Source: a virus (Duplodnaviria; Caudoviricetes). Taken from it: a stretch of DNA of 50,131 nt. Below, piece by piece: positions 36,033 through 45,891 of this stretch. Below the pieces are notes generated by a model. The model saw only the letters and a list, made by a program, of their open reading frames with translations. It made no database searches and had not been told where the DNA came from. Numbering within the stretch: the first letter of the stretch is position 1; the number at the start of each line of letters is the position of its first letter. The position numbers were made by a program, and so were the translations under genes. The stretch is from IMG/VR virus record IMGVR_UViG_3300037608_000205, positions 1-50,131 of that record. One strand, 5' to 3'.

Positions 36033-38462
36033 CTAGTCTTTAACCCTGCAAAACGTCTTCTGGTTTCCGTATATCGGGAACCTGGTCTGTCCCTGTTTGT
36101 TTCCTGAATACGTCTCCCAGCCTCCGATACGCATCAATACACCGATAATCTCAAAGGAGTCCTGGCGTCTTAAGTTGGTCTTGTCCTTTCCAAGGCATTC
36201 GCACCATATCTCATGGACGCATACCTTTTCTCTTGTTACTGCTCCTATAGGAACTGAAGTGCCAAATTCACTCTCGCCAGCCAGATAGCTTCTTCGTTCA
36301 TATAAATCCATTGCCTCCCATCTTTCCGGTAAAAGCGTCTCAAGATAATCTTCAATAAGGCCTTCACGGTCATCAGCCTCCATAGCATCGCGCTGCTCAT
36401 CGAATGCGATCTTCTCTTCCTCAGGGGATAAGATTAATGATTCGCCTTCCCTGTAATACTTGATGGCCTCCGCCCATATCTGATCCACATCCTTCATATC
36501 CCATACGTTCTTCTTTCCACCGGTCACTCTGACCGGCCAGAATCTTCTGTTTCCTGTTATGTCTCTTAAAAAACCGCTGATGTTGTTGGTGCTGCCTACG
36601 ATAATGCACTGCCTCGGATGGTTTTCAACATTGATGCCATAGCTTTGTCTGAACTTGTCATCTGTTCTGGTAATGAATGACTTCACCGTCTCCACATCCA
36701 TTTTTCGAAGACCCGCAAGTTCCCCCAGTTCCAGAATCCAGTAGCCTTGAAGCTTCTCTGCTCCGGCTTTGTCTCTCATATCGGATACGGTCAAGCTGTC
36801 GGAGAACCACTGTCTTCCTAATTTTGCAAAGAAGGTGGATTTACCGATTCCCTGAGTCCCATTAAGGACCAGGATATAGTCGAACTTGATGCCGGGTTCG
36901 AAGATTCTAGCAACGGCAGCCACCAGTGTTTTTCTCATAATCGCCGTTGTATACGGGTTATCCTCTGCGCCAAGATACTCGATAAGAAGTCTATCCACTC
37001 TCTCGGTTCCGTCCCAAACCGGCAGAGCATCGAGGTAATCTTTAATGGGATGAAACACCCGTTCCGATGCGGCTGTAAGAAGCGCATCTTTGATTTTGGC
37101 CGGTGACCAGATGCCATAGTGCTTATCAAAATACATCTTGAGATTGGCATGATCAGCGTCATTCCATCCGTCTTTGACTTGTTCCCATGGCAGTGGCCCA
37201 TTCACATCCATCAAATGCTTCATCTGGTTATAGGCGATACCGTGCAACCTGGGGTCATGCCTCATAATCGTAAGAATGTTCGTGGGTGTATCTTTAACCG
37301 TCCCGTTTTTGTTGAGTTCCAGTTCTAGCTGCCATGAGAGATGTACATCATCAATATCTTCGATCTCAGGTTCCTCAGTTTCAAAGTCATCTTTCTTTTC
37401 AAAATCCGCTTTCATCTCCTCTTCCCGTTCCTTTGCCAACTGCCTTTTTACCTTTTCATCTGTTGTGCAGAACTCGAGCATGGCTTTGACTGATGATGTC
37501 GACTTAACAGATGTAAGCTGCTTCTTTTCATCCACCCCTTCATCTAGTTCACCAAACCGGTGGATCCTCACAAGGTCAAAGGCATTGCACAAATGACCGC
37601 AAGCTGGATCCGTCGCGTGGTGCGAGTAGGCGTATTTGCCGCTATAGACCACAACGCCTGCTGTGGAATCAGCTGGGATATAGTCGTAACGCTCAGGTAT
37701 TATGCTTGGTTGGTAGATCTCCGGTAGAAATATTTCAATAGCCTCTTCAATGGTGTAGCTCCTACAAAAGGCTCCAATAAGACCTTCTTTTTTGATGGGA
37801 TCCGCCTGCTTTTTCATCAGCCTATCTATCAATTTCGTTTGTCTTGAAGACACCGGCCAGAATGATGAATCCTGCCAGTTGTCATATTGCTTTAAGATGC
37901 TGTCCGGATTTAGAAAGCTTCCTTTGACTTCTCTAAAGAAATATTCTCCATTACTGGATGTGCTTGGCCAGTACATGAGTCTGTTAGGTTCATAGGTGGT
38001 ATCATCGAAAAGCTCGATGCCGATTTCCTTGGCAAGCATTCTGCTGACCGCTTGGTACTCATCTGAGGTCACTATTCTTGACAATGGAATGATCAGTCTC
38101 AGTCTTGGTTTTTCCGGTGTGTGTTTATGGGTAGAGTAGATCACCGCTGCGTGTCCATAGAGCATCTCCATGTTCTCAGCTATGGCCACCGCTTCATCTG
38201 CATAGTCCATATCCAGAGTAAGCATGGCTCGATTCACTACACTGTCTTTTGTTCTTCTTCCGTCCTTAAGCTTTCCAGCTACAAAACCACCGACATCTTT
38301 CACATTGTCTTGCTGGTACTTCTTCATCTTGCGATACTCTTCCTGAGTCTCGCTTGTGACGGTGGTTCGGGAGAGCCTTTTAACGAACTCTTTCCAGGTC
38401 ACTGTCTGTTCCTTCCACAATTTATCTTTACGGCTGTTGCCTGTTGAAATGACAAATTTCAT
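36033..38462 (-). CDS. Primase-polymerase-like domain + virulence-associated E (VirE) helicase
   Basis: LTLDMD, YSTHKH, RLRLIIPL N-domain; GTQGIGKS Walker A, LELGEL, DITGNRRFWPV. Confidence 0.9.
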   Translation of the reverse strand: MKFVISTGNSRKDKLWKEQTVTWKEFVKRLSRTTVTSETQEEYRKMKKYQQDNVKDVGGFVAGKLKDGRRTKDSVVNRAMLTLDMDYADEAVAIAENMEMLYGHAAVIYSTHKHTPEKPRLRLIIPLSRIVTSDEYQAVSRMLAKEIGIELFDDTTYEPNRLMYWPSTSSNGEYFFREVKGSFLNPDSILKQYDNWQDSSFWPVSSRQTKLIDRLMKKQADPIKKEGLIGAFCRSYTIEEAIEIFLPEIYQPSIIPERYDYIPADSTAGVVVYSGKYAYSHHATDPACGHLCNAFDLVRIHRFGELDEGVDEKKQLTSVKSTSSVKAMLEFCTTDEKVKRQLAKEREEEMKADFEKKDDFETEEPEIEDIDDVHLSWQLELELNKNGTVKDTPTNILTIMRHDPRLHGIAYNQMKHLMDVNGPLPWEQVKDGWNDADHANLKMYFDKHYGIWSPAKIKDALLTAASERVFHPIKDYLDALPVWDGTERVDRLLIEYLGAEDNPYTTAIMRKTLVAAVARIFEPGIKFDYILVLNGTQGIGKSTFFAKLGRQWFSDSLTVSDMRDKAGAEKLQGYWILELGELAGLRKMDVETVKSFITRTDDKFRQSYGINVENHPRQCIIVGSTNNISGFLRDITGNRRFWPVRVTGGKKNVWDMKDVDQIWAEAIKYYREGESLILSPEEEKIAFDEQRDAMEADDREGLIEDYLETLLPERWEAMDLYERRSYLAGESEFGTSVPIGAVTREKVCVHEIWCECLGKDKTNLRRQDSFEIIGVLMRIGGWETYSGNKQGQTRFPIYGNQKTFCRVKD

Positions 38463-38793
38463 AGCTCCTCCTTCTTTTTTTGCTTTTCTTGACTAAAATG
38501 ATGTCATAATCTTCACAGCTATAAATCACTTCTTCGTTTCTAAGATTTTTAGTTTTATCCAATAAAGGATGTGCTTCATTTTTTAGCTTGGGTAGTTCGT
38601 CTGTAAATCCTAGCAAATATTCAATTGGCTTATTAAAAATTTTAGACAAGCCTTTTAATGACTCCCCTGAAGGATTCCTTTTCCCCATCTCCCACATAGC
38701 CACAGTTCCATGTGAAAGATCGAGTACTTGAGCAAATTCTTTTTGAGTTAAACCTGCTTCTTTTCGAACAATTTTCACTCTTTTAGAAAACAT
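38428..38793 (-). CDS. XRE-family HTH regulator
   Basis: RKEAGLTQKEFA..L..S.GTVAMWEMGKRNP; no peptidase S24 domain. Confidence 0.85.
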   Translation of the reverse strand: MFSKRVKIVRKEAGLTQKEFAQVLDLSHGTVAMWEMGKRNPSGESLKGLSKIFNKPIEYLLGFTDELPKLKNEAHPLLDKTKNLRNEEVIYSCEDYDIILVKKSKKRRRSYEICHFNRQQP

Positions 38794-38841
38794 CTATCTC
38801 TCCTCACTTTCTTTTGATTTTTCTTCATCTATCTGCTCTTA

Positions 38842-40797
38842 TTAACCCTTCTGGTAAAAGTCGCATTCGTAGCCATCCGCATCAAGAGGCAGCCCTTCCG
38901 ACCACTTGGGGCTTTCACTCATGATGCCGCACACTTCCTCAACGCTGGATTCGCCTATCGGCACTTCGCAGATAACCTCGTCATGCACATGAGCAACTAT
39001 TGAAAATCCTTCTTTATCAAGCCTTAGCATGGCTTCTGCCAGTAAATCTCTTGATGCTGCCTGAACAATATTCTCTACGATTTTTGGCCCATAAGTTTCA
39101 ATGCGCTCCCACTTTTTAGTGGTACCGATGCCTTCATAGGTCAGTCCTTCCCGTCCGAACTGATTCAGCACCAGCTTCGGTTTCACATAGACCAGGTCAC
39201 GACCTGAAAGGAGGGTTATAAGTAACATGCCGCTTTTATAGGTAAAGATGATTCCATGGGTTCTGGTCCGGGTGCGTTCTTTCACTGCCGTTATGGCTGC
39301 CTTGTCCACTTCCCACCAGAAGTTCACGATGTTTGGATTGGATCTTCGCCAGTTGTCAATCAGTCCTTGAAGCTCGTTTTCTTCGACACCCATCTCTAAG
39401 GCACCCATGGACTTTAATGCTCCAACGCCCCCACCATAACCACATGCTAATTCCGAAATCTTACCCTTTTGCCTCAACGGACTGCTTTTTGTGATTTCCT
39501 CCATAGGTACATGAAACATTTGTGACGCTGATGCCTCGTAAATCTTTCCGTGGGATCTAAACACTTCCAGCCGCCATTTTTCTTTCGCGAGCCAAGATAG
39601 TACCCTGGCTTCTATGGATGAAAAGTCAGCTACGATGAATCGGTAACCCTCTTTCGGTATAAAGGCGGTTCTTATCAGTTCGGATAGGACACCCGGCGTA
39701 TTGCCAAAGAGCATCTGCAGATCATCAAAGCGTCCTTCTTTCACCAGATCTCTAGCGAGCTTAAGGTCTACAATGTGGTTCTGTGGCAGGTTTTGGACCT
39801 GTACCAGCCTTCCGGCAAACCGGCCTGTTCGATTGGCGCCATAGAACTGAAACAATCCATGGACTCTGCCATCTGAACATACCGCCCTTTCTATGGCCTC
39901 ATATTTCCTGACACTGGTCTTGGCCATAAGGAGCCGTAGCTTTAATGCTTCTTCCACTTCGCCTTCAGTTTCTGAGACCAGCTCTTTTACGTTCTTCTTT
40001 GATAGGCTCTCCACTTCCACGCCACGGTCCGATAACCAGTCCTTGAGTTGCGATACTGAGTTTGGATTTTCAAGACCTGTCAGTTCATATGCTCTTTCCG
40101 TTGCCGCTACCATAAACTGTCTATCACAGCAGATGGCCTGCATAACGAAATCCATATCCGCTCTAAACCCTCTATCATTGATGCGCTGATCTAGTTCATA
40201 AAGGGCTTGCTCAGATTTTGGTATAGGATAGTATTTGATCTTCTTTCTGATTTCCAGTTCTACTTCAACGTCTCTGATGTTGTACTGTTTAAACAGCTCC
40301 CATTTATCCGGTGCATCGGATGGCCGATTTCTGCTCCTTCCACCATTAGCTGCAGTAGGTTTGCAGGGGATGCAAAAGTATCTGATGAGAGGTTTTCCCT
40401 CCGACATTTTTTGTGTTTCAAGCTTTAGCACTCTGGCCACTCCCTCAAGGTGGAGAGGAAGTCCAAGCATTGCTGCCTGAACCTCGCTGCACCGCCAGGA
40501 GGATGGACTAAGATACACAGCTCGGTCTAGTTTTCGGCTGAGATACCACATCAAAGCGACCCGTTCGAAGTTGGCATTGAAGGCTGTTTTGATGATTTTT
40601 TCACTGATGATAGCTTCCACGATTTTCTCTGGAATCTCTTCACCACTTGCAAGATCAATAAGCTTCACCGGACCTTCATCGATGCTGTATGCAAAGAGCA
40701 GGATGTCGAAATTCGGACTGTCGGTGTAGCGGTAAACGCCACACTTACTTAGGTCGATATCTGAAAATGTCTCAATGTCTATTGATAAAGTTGTCAT
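38842..40797 (-). CDS. Phage DNA polymerase, family A
   Basis: Exo I IDIETF; motif A ADFSSIEAR; motif B RQKGKISELACGYG; motif C HVHDE. Confidence 0.95.
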   Translation of the reverse strand: MTTLSIDIETFSDIDLSKCGVYRYTDSPNFDILLFAYSIDEGPVKLIDLASGEEIPEKIVEAIISEKIIKTAFNANFERVALMWYLSRKLDRAVYLSPSSWRCSEVQAAMLGLPLHLEGVARVLKLETQKMSEGKPLIRYFCIPCKPTAANGGRSRNRPSDAPDKWELFKQYNIRDVEVELEIRKKIKYYPIPKSEQALYELDQRINDRGFRADMDFVMQAICCDRQFMVAATERAYELTGLENPNSVSQLKDWLSDRGVEVESLSKKNVKELVSETEGEVEEALKLRLLMAKTSVRKYEAIERAVCSDGRVHGLFQFYGANRTGRFAGRLVQVQNLPQNHIVDLKLARDLVKEGRFDDLQMLFGNTPGVLSELIRTAFIPKEGYRFIVADFSSIEARVLSWLAKEKWRLEVFRSHGKIYEASASQMFHVPMEEITKSSPLRQKGKISELACGYGGGVGALKSMGALEMGVEENELQGLIDNWRRSNPNIVNFWWEVDKAAITAVKERTRTRTHGIIFTYKSGMLLITLLSGRDLVYVKPKLVLNQFGREGLTYEGIGTTKKWERIETYGPKIVENIVQAASRDLLAEAMLRLDKEGFSIVAHVHDEVICEVPIGESSVEEVCGIMSESPKWSEGLPLDADGYECDFYQKG

Positions 40798-40830
40798 GGG
40801 TTTACCACCTCCTCTCTATCATCTTTACTG

Positions 40831-41364
40831 CTATGCCAAGAAATCATCGTCAGCTTCAATCTCGAAATCATCTTCAGCTCGGCTCTTACCACCCAGTGGT
40901 TCTCCGTCTTTAAGTTTTTGCACGTTTCCTAATCCCGCTGCAATTCCACGATTTCCATTCACATTGAAGGCATACAGATTCAGGCTCACTTTCCCGTAAC
41001 ACCCTGAGTAGACTTCACTTCTATCAAGGATCGTTTGAATCTTTCCATCCACAACTTGAGGTGCATCTTTGGAATTGGCGTTGATAAAATAGCACCCTTC
41101 ATATGCAGGATCATCCGGTCTATCGATGTCTCCGTCTCGAAGAGGGGTTTTGAGATTCGCTGGAATTTTTCCACCAAACTTTGGTGCACCTTCCTCTTTA
41201 GCTGCTTCTACTGACTTCAAGATCGCGTTTACGGTTTTCTTGTCTGACTTTGGAATAATGACTGAAACACTGTACTTAGGGTCACTTCCATTAATACTTT
41301 TTGGTTCAAAAACATTCACATAGCTTAATCTTCCGGGTACGACTACTTTCGTTTCTTTACTCAT
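40831..41364 (-). CDS. ssDNA-binding protein, DUF2815 family
   Basis: RLSYVNVFEP, KYSVSVIIPK, PLRDGD, GLGNVQK; acidic C-terminal tail. Confidence 0.88.
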   Translation of the reverse strand: MSKETKVVVPGRLSYVNVFEPKSINGSDPKYSVSVIIPKSDKKTVNAILKSVEAAKEEGAPKFGGKIPANLKTPLRDGDIDRPDDPAYEGCYFINANSKDAPQVVDGKIQTILDRSEVYSGCYGKVSLNLYAFNVNGNRGIAAGLGNVQKLKDGEPLGGKSRAEDDFEIEADDDFLA

Positions 41365-41437
41365 GATAAAATCCTCCTAAGATTTTTATTTGTTTAGCTC
41401 TTTTAGCTTAGTTACTATAATCAATGACATTTTGCAT

Positions 41438-42574
41438 TTACTCTTCCACCTGAAACTCCGCGTGCAGTGGATCCACTGCCTGACGTTTGTCTGTCTCAGG
41501 CACAAGGGAAAGTTTTCCTTTTGGCTTTTTCACGAAGCCTCCAAGCAGTTCATTGAATTTCTTCTTGCTCATAAGTTTCTCCATCTCGGTGATAGTGATA
41601 AGACTTTGTTTGAAGATGTCGGTATATCCTGCTTTCTTTGCAGTTTCCGCTACTGCTATTTCATCGGTGTAAGTTCTTCTTGTTCTGCCCTCTACCAGTT
41701 TGAAACCGTCCCACTGCCTTCCTTCATTGATGGCAACCGCTGTCGCATAGGTGTAGATATCCCCGGCCCACTTAGCCAGTTCATCAGCAAGCCCGATGAT
41801 TTCTGCTATCTCTATATCAGTTAAAAGTGCGGGGTCTTGAAACTCATACTTTAGAAGTTCTAGGTTTTTCACTGCGCGCGCTCTACACTGATTCTTAGCC
41901 CTGCAGAATCTGCAATGGTCTCCGGCACAGAATTCACCACCACCGGTACTTGCTATTAACGCTTTAGGTTTTAGTTCTTCGTCCGCCCATTGAAGGAGTT
42001 CTTCCACTGTAATCTCCCAGGTAGAAAAGTTATCTACCCTTGGCTGGACAATAGCAATAGACACTTTTTCGATTGCATAGAGCATGTCGAACAGAGAAAG
42101 CGCGCCTAAGGCATAGAGCATCATCTGCGGGTTTTTTTCCGCGGATACGATGATCCCTTTTCCGTACTTAAGATCCACTACATGAAGAGTGCCGTTTCCA
42201 ACGACGACTAAATCGCCGGTTCCGAAGCCTTCCGGTACATAATCGCTGAAGTCCAGCTTCTGCTCGATTAGGATTTGAAGGTCCTTACAGTTCTCTTTTG
42301 ATCTCTCGATCAACTCCAAGCAGTATTCCACATACAGGTCTGTCATCTCGTCCATCTCGTCCGAGTGATAAGGGCTTGTCGGTTTTTTCGACCTCATCTT
42401 CAAGGCTTTCTTTAATTTGTGCTCGGCCAGGTCATGAGCCGCTGTCCCTTCTTCCGCATAGCTGCTTGTCTCGTTTGAAAATTGCTGTTCCAACTGTGCA
42501 GAGGGCATACATGTCATCCATCGATGAGCACCTGAAGCGGATAGGACTGAATGTGCATTGTATGATCCGCTCAC
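41438..42574 (-). CDS. DUF2800 Cas4-like PD-(D/E)XK nuclease
   Basis: HSVLSAS..HRW..C, EGTAAH, FGTGD...VDLKYG, QMMLYA, CRFCRA..C. Confidence 0.88.
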   Translation of the reverse strand: MSGSYNAHSVLSASGAHRWMTCMPSAQLEQQFSNETSSYAEEGTAAHDLAEHKLKKALKMRSKKPTSPYHSDEMDEMTDLYVEYCLELIERSKENCKDLQILIEQKLDFSDYVPEGFGTGDLVVVGNGTLHVVDLKYGKGIIVSAEKNPQMMLYALGALSLFDMLYAIEKVSIAIVQPRVDNFSTWEITVEELLQWADEELKPKALIASTGGGEFCAGDHCRFCRAKNQCRARAVKNLELLKYEFQDPALLTDIEIAEIIGLADELAKWAGDIYTYATAVAINEGRQWDGFKLVEGRTRRTYTDEIAVAETAKKAGYTDIFKQSLITITEMEKLMSKKKFNELLGGFVKKPKGKLSLVPETDKRQAVDPLHAEFQVEE

Positions 42575-42954
42575 TTTAACTCACCTGATTCTTTAAGGGC
42601 GTCCGCATAATACTTGGGATCCAAAGCAGAAAGATTGTTGGCTCCGTATTTTGTGAGGATGGCTTTCACCGCTTCTCTGTGACCGTCTCTGCTCTTATCC
42701 GCCATTGCTGCTCTGACTTCTTCAAGTGTTGGCTGTTTTTCTTCTGATACTGCTTCTACTTCTTGTTCATCATTTGCAGGTTCGGATACTTGTATTGTTT
42801 TTGCTTTTTTCTTTGCTTCTTTCACTGGTTCTTTAGCCACTTCATTCTCTTCATTAGTTTCATTTGCTTCCATGGCTCTTGCCAGCATCTCTATGCTTTC
42901 TGCCAGCGACATAAGATCACTGACTACATCCAGTGCGAGTTTGATTTTACTCAT
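42571..42954 (-). CDS. Conserved phage replication-module protein
   Basis: Low-complexity linker, then TLEEVRA...ILTKYGA..LS.LDP..Y motif. Confidence 0.75.
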   Translation of the reverse strand: MSKIKLALDVVSDLMSLAESIEMLARAMEANETNEENEVAKEPVKEAKKKAKTIQVSEPANDEQEVEAVSEEKQPTLEEVRAAMADKSRDGHREAVKAILTKYGANNLSALDPKYYADALKESGELK

Positions 42955-44167
42955 TTTGCGATTCTCCTTTCTTTTTTTGATAATCAGCGGCTATTTCCTT
43001 AAGGATTGGAGCCAGATCCTTCATCTCCCATGGCGTGTTTTCCAGGGTGCCATCAAGTATCATCTTTTCTCTGCCAAAGTGACCGTAGACTGCAAATTGT
43101 CTGTAGATCGGTCGTCTCAAACCAAAGGATTTGATGATGGTGCCGGGTTTCATGTCAACGAGAGCTTTGATGATTTCCGTCAGCACTTCATCCGTCAGTC
43201 TGCCTGTTCCAAAGGTGTCCACTTTGAAAGACACAGGCTCGGCTACCCCTATCGCGTAAGAAACCTGCACCTCGCATTCCCTGGCGAGACCTGCCGACAC
43301 GATGTTCTTTGCGATGTATCTGGCAAGATAAGCTCCCGATCGGTCCACCTTCGTTGGATCTTTTCCTGAGAAAGCGCCACCGCCATGCCGCCCTTTGCCG
43401 CCATAAGTGTCAACAATGATTTTTCTGCCGGTTAAACCCGAGTCCGCCGCCGGACCACCTAGGACGAACCTCCCTGTCGGATTAATCATCACTTTTGTGT
43501 TCTCTGTCAAAAGCTCACGAGGGATAACTTTAGTGATGATATGGGCCATCACATCTTCCCGCAGCTTCTTAATATCCACATCTGAGGTGTGCTGGGTGGA
43601 GACGATTATGGCTACAACAGATAGCGGTTGATGGCCTTTTCCGTATCCCAGTGATACTTGCGCCTTGCCATCCGGCTTAAGATAAGGAAGTAGCAACGAC
43701 TTTCTCGCTTCAGCCAGTCTCATGCAAAGCTTATGAGAAAGCATCAGCGGTAAAGGCATGAGCTCCTGAGTTTCATCGGTGGCATATCCGAACATCATAC
43801 CTTGGTCTCCAGCACCAATTTCTTTCTTGTCAACACCCATTGCGATGTCTGGGGATTGCTTGTTGATTGCAATTAGCATTCTATAGAACTCACCGTCCGT
43901 GGACAGCTCGTCTGCCCGGTAACCGATGTCATGGATCACATTCTTGATAACGCCTTTGTAGTCAATATCCTTTTCAGTACTGGTTTCACCGAATACGTGG
44001 ACCAGACCGTTGGCTGCGGTGACTTCGATGGCTGTTCTCGCTTCAGGATCTTCTCTTAAAATTTCATCCATGATGCCGTCGGCGATTTGGTCGCACATCT
44101 TGTCCGGATGGCCCTCTGTCACCGATTCAGAGGTGAATACATATGCTGGTTTTTGATTGTCATTCAT
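42947..44167 (-). CDS. metK: S-adenosylmethionine synthetase
   Basis: FTSESVTEGHPDK, GAGDQG, PDGKAQV, GGGAFSGKDPTKVDRS, YGHFGR all intact. Confidence 0.96.
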   Translation of the reverse strand: MNDNQKPAYVFTSESVTEGHPDKMCDQIADGIMDEILREDPEARTAIEVTAANGLVHVFGETSTEKDIDYKGVIKNVIHDIGYRADELSTDGEFYRMLIAINKQSPDIAMGVDKKEIGAGDQGMMFGYATDETQELMPLPLMLSHKLCMRLAEARKSLLLPYLKPDGKAQVSLGYGKGHQPLSVVAIIVSTQHTSDVDIKKLREDVMAHIITKVIPRELLTENTKVMINPTGRFVLGGPAADSGLTGRKIIVDTYGGKGRHGGGAFSGKDPTKVDRSGAYLARYIAKNIVSAGLARECEVQVSYAIGVAEPVSFKVDTFGTGRLTDEVLTEIIKALVDMKPGTIIKSFGLRRPIYRQFAVYGHFGREKMILDGTLENTPWEMKDLAPILKEIAADYQKKKGESQNE

Positions 44168-44198
44168 CTGCTTGCTCCTTTCCTATTCCTCTAATCAT

Positions 44199-44369
44199 TC
44201 ATCTAATTACTCCTTTCTTTTCTTTTTCTTCAACTTGCACTTTATCAAGATCGATCAATCGGTTTGCCAGCCTTTTCGATACGATGCTGATAGCGGTTAA
44301 AACACCAACCATTTCGTCTTGAATTTCCTTGCTTGTGTTCACGTTCTCGTCCTCTTTCTTTTGGGTCAT
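44199..44369 (-). CDS. Small hypothetical protein
   Basis: EMVGVLTAISIVSKRLA helix; RBS GGAGGTGG. Confidence 0.6.
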   Translation of the reverse strand: MTQKKEDENVNTSKEIQDEMVGVLTAISIVSKRLANRLIDLDKVQVEEKEKKGVIR

Positions 44370-44445
44370 ATCCAAGCCACCTCCTTCCATCACTTAACCC
44401 CTTCACTTATTAGCCAATGGAGAGGGTAGTTTGGTAACCAAAAAT

Positions 44446-44877
44446 TTAAAAAAACTTTCTCAGTTTCTCTAGAATCTTGTCTCTACGCTTCATAACAGCA
44501 ACATGCGAGATATCTTTTTTTTTGGCAACATCTCTTACTGTCATCTCTTTATAGAAAAGGTCATCGATGAGTTCCTTTTCCTGGCGGTTTAACTCCTTCA
44601 TCGCTTCTTGCAAAATTAATAGCATCGCCTTGTCAACGACTAGATCTTCTACTGATTGCTTATCAGCATAATCCGCACCCAGATCCATTAAGCGTTGGAG
44701 TGAATCTTCTTTATTCGGCACAAATGTCATTTTCTCGTTTTCCATGTCCACGTCTATATGACCGACCTTGACATCCTTCTCAATGTATCTCTCGCGGCGT
44801 TTCAACTTGTAGTACTCCTCGTAGATTTCATCTGTAACCGGTATTGACTGCTTTCTAACTTTGATTTCATTACTCAT
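44446..44877 (-). CDS. Sigma70 region 4-like regulator
   Basis: LIDDLFYKEMTVRDVAK...SHVAVMKRRDKILEKLRK; RBS GGAGG. Confidence 0.8.
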   Translation of the reverse strand: MSNEIKVRKQSIPVTDEIYEEYYKLKRRERYIEKDVKVGHIDVDMENEKMTFVPNKEDSLQRLMDLGADYADKQSVEDLVVDKAMLLILQEAMKELNRQEKELIDDLFYKEMTVRDVAKKKDISHVAVMKRRDKILEKLRKFF

Positions 44878-44884
44878 GTTTACT

Positions 44885-45075
44885 CCTCCCAAAATGTTTT
44901 AGGAGAAAATGCATGCTGAAAACGGGCATAAAAAAAGGCCCCAATACGTATAACACGTACTAAGACCAATAAGTCCAAAAATCGTAATGCCCCAAAAGCC
45001 ATACAACCCGCTTTTGGGCATAAAAATAGCCGCTTACGCTAACTCTCGAATTGAGTCTTAACCAAAACGGCTATC
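44885..45075 (-). promoter_or_regulatory. Structured 5' leader: four hairpins (two followed by U-tracts, one occluding the RBS)
   Basis: ATAGCCG/CGGCTAT-TTTT; ATGCCCAAAAGC/GCTTTTGGGGCAT; GGTCTTAGTACG/CGTATTGGGGCC-T7; CTCCTAAAA/TTTTGGGAG. Confidence 0.55.
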
Positions 45076-45128
45076 TACATTCAATTTCATTTTTGCATAC
45101 ACTTCCCACTATACTTATTATAGAAGGT

Positions 45129-45249
45129 TCAAACTGTCAAAACAATTTCAAAAGTCTATCATTTTTCTCTCATTATACTGTCATAGTCCTCTCATCATAG
45201 TGTCATTTTACTTTCAATTCACTTTCATTTTTCTGTCATTTAACTATCA
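45129..45249. repeat. Tandem array of 11 degenerate 11-bp units (nnnnnCTNTCA)
   Basis: TCA at 45137, 45148, 45159, 45170, 45181, 45192, 45203, 45214, 45225, 45236, 45247; exact 11-bp register. Confidence 0.85.
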
Positions 45250-45281
45250 ATAAACTTCTAATTCTAGTCATTTTAGTGCTA

Positions 45282-45845
45282 TTAAAACCCTTGCCAGTAT
45301 TCCTTTAGCGGTGGGATGACATATCCCCAAAGAGCTACCCCCATTAACTCAGTAGCCTGTTTCTTATAGCGATAATAAGTTGACTGGGTCAGATTCAACT
45401 TCCTCATGATGACATCGTCAGAAGTAACGTCTTTATCAATATAACAGCAAGTGATAATATCGTGGAATACCTCTCCATGCTTTGGATGAGTTTTCAGATT
45501 TTTAAGCGCTTTATCAATAATCTGAATCATCTGTTTCGTTTCTGCAATGCACATCAAACGTTCTTCTATCGCTCTTTTATCTTTTGTCAGGTCATACTCA
45601 TCCAGTTCTAAACTCAGAAAATCAATCAGTTTAGAGATTCTATCGCTTCCATATTCTTGAGCTGTGTCTTGAAGTTCATACACCGCACTTTCTATCCTCC
45701 ACACGACGGTTCGATAGATGGAAAGAAGTAGCCTTGTCTTATGAAAATACTGCGACTTATTCTTTGTGGATTCCTCCATAGACTTAGCCCTCCTTAAACT
45801 ATGGAAATCAATTTTCTGATTTTGGTAATTCATTTCACTTTGCAT
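45282..45845 (-). CDS. Putative transcriptional activator (ArpU/sigma-r4-like C-terminal HTH)
   Basis: IITCCYID...DDVIMRKLNLTQSTYYRYKKQA; RBS GGAGG. Confidence 0.7.
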   Translation of the reverse strand: MQSEMNYQNQKIDFHSLRRAKSMEESTKNKSQYFHKTRLLLSIYRTVVWRIESAVYELQDTAQEYGSDRISKLIDFLSLELDEYDLTKDKRAIEERLMCIAETKQMIQIIDKALKNLKTHPKHGEVFHDIITCCYIDKDVTSDDVIMRKLNLTQSTYYRYKKQATELMGVALWGYVIPPLKEYWQGF

Positions 45846-45891
45846 ACATAGCCTCCTGTTTTAGAAATTCGCGGCGAAAAGGCATATCTCT

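Noticed and set aside
38428-38793. XRE protein as the CI master repressor
   Set aside because: Lies inside and co-oriented with the replication operon, with no autocleavage domain or divergent promoter; a secondary role is not excluded.
515-43631. Numerous short plus-strand ORFs and alternate-frame minus-strand ORFs in the ORF track (e.g. 1971-2603, 18928-19383, 24129-24710, 22613-22972, 12428-12652)
   Set aside because: Shadows of well-supported genes, without RBS or recognisable motifs.
44170-45075. SAM riboswitch upstream of metK
   Set aside because: No S-box (ATC.AGAG...GCAACC...GTGC) or SMK-box consensus visible.
45129-45270. CRISPR array
   Set aside because: Units are 11 bp, degenerate and contiguous, with no spacers. 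The DUF2800 Cas4-like gene is a normal phage replication gene.
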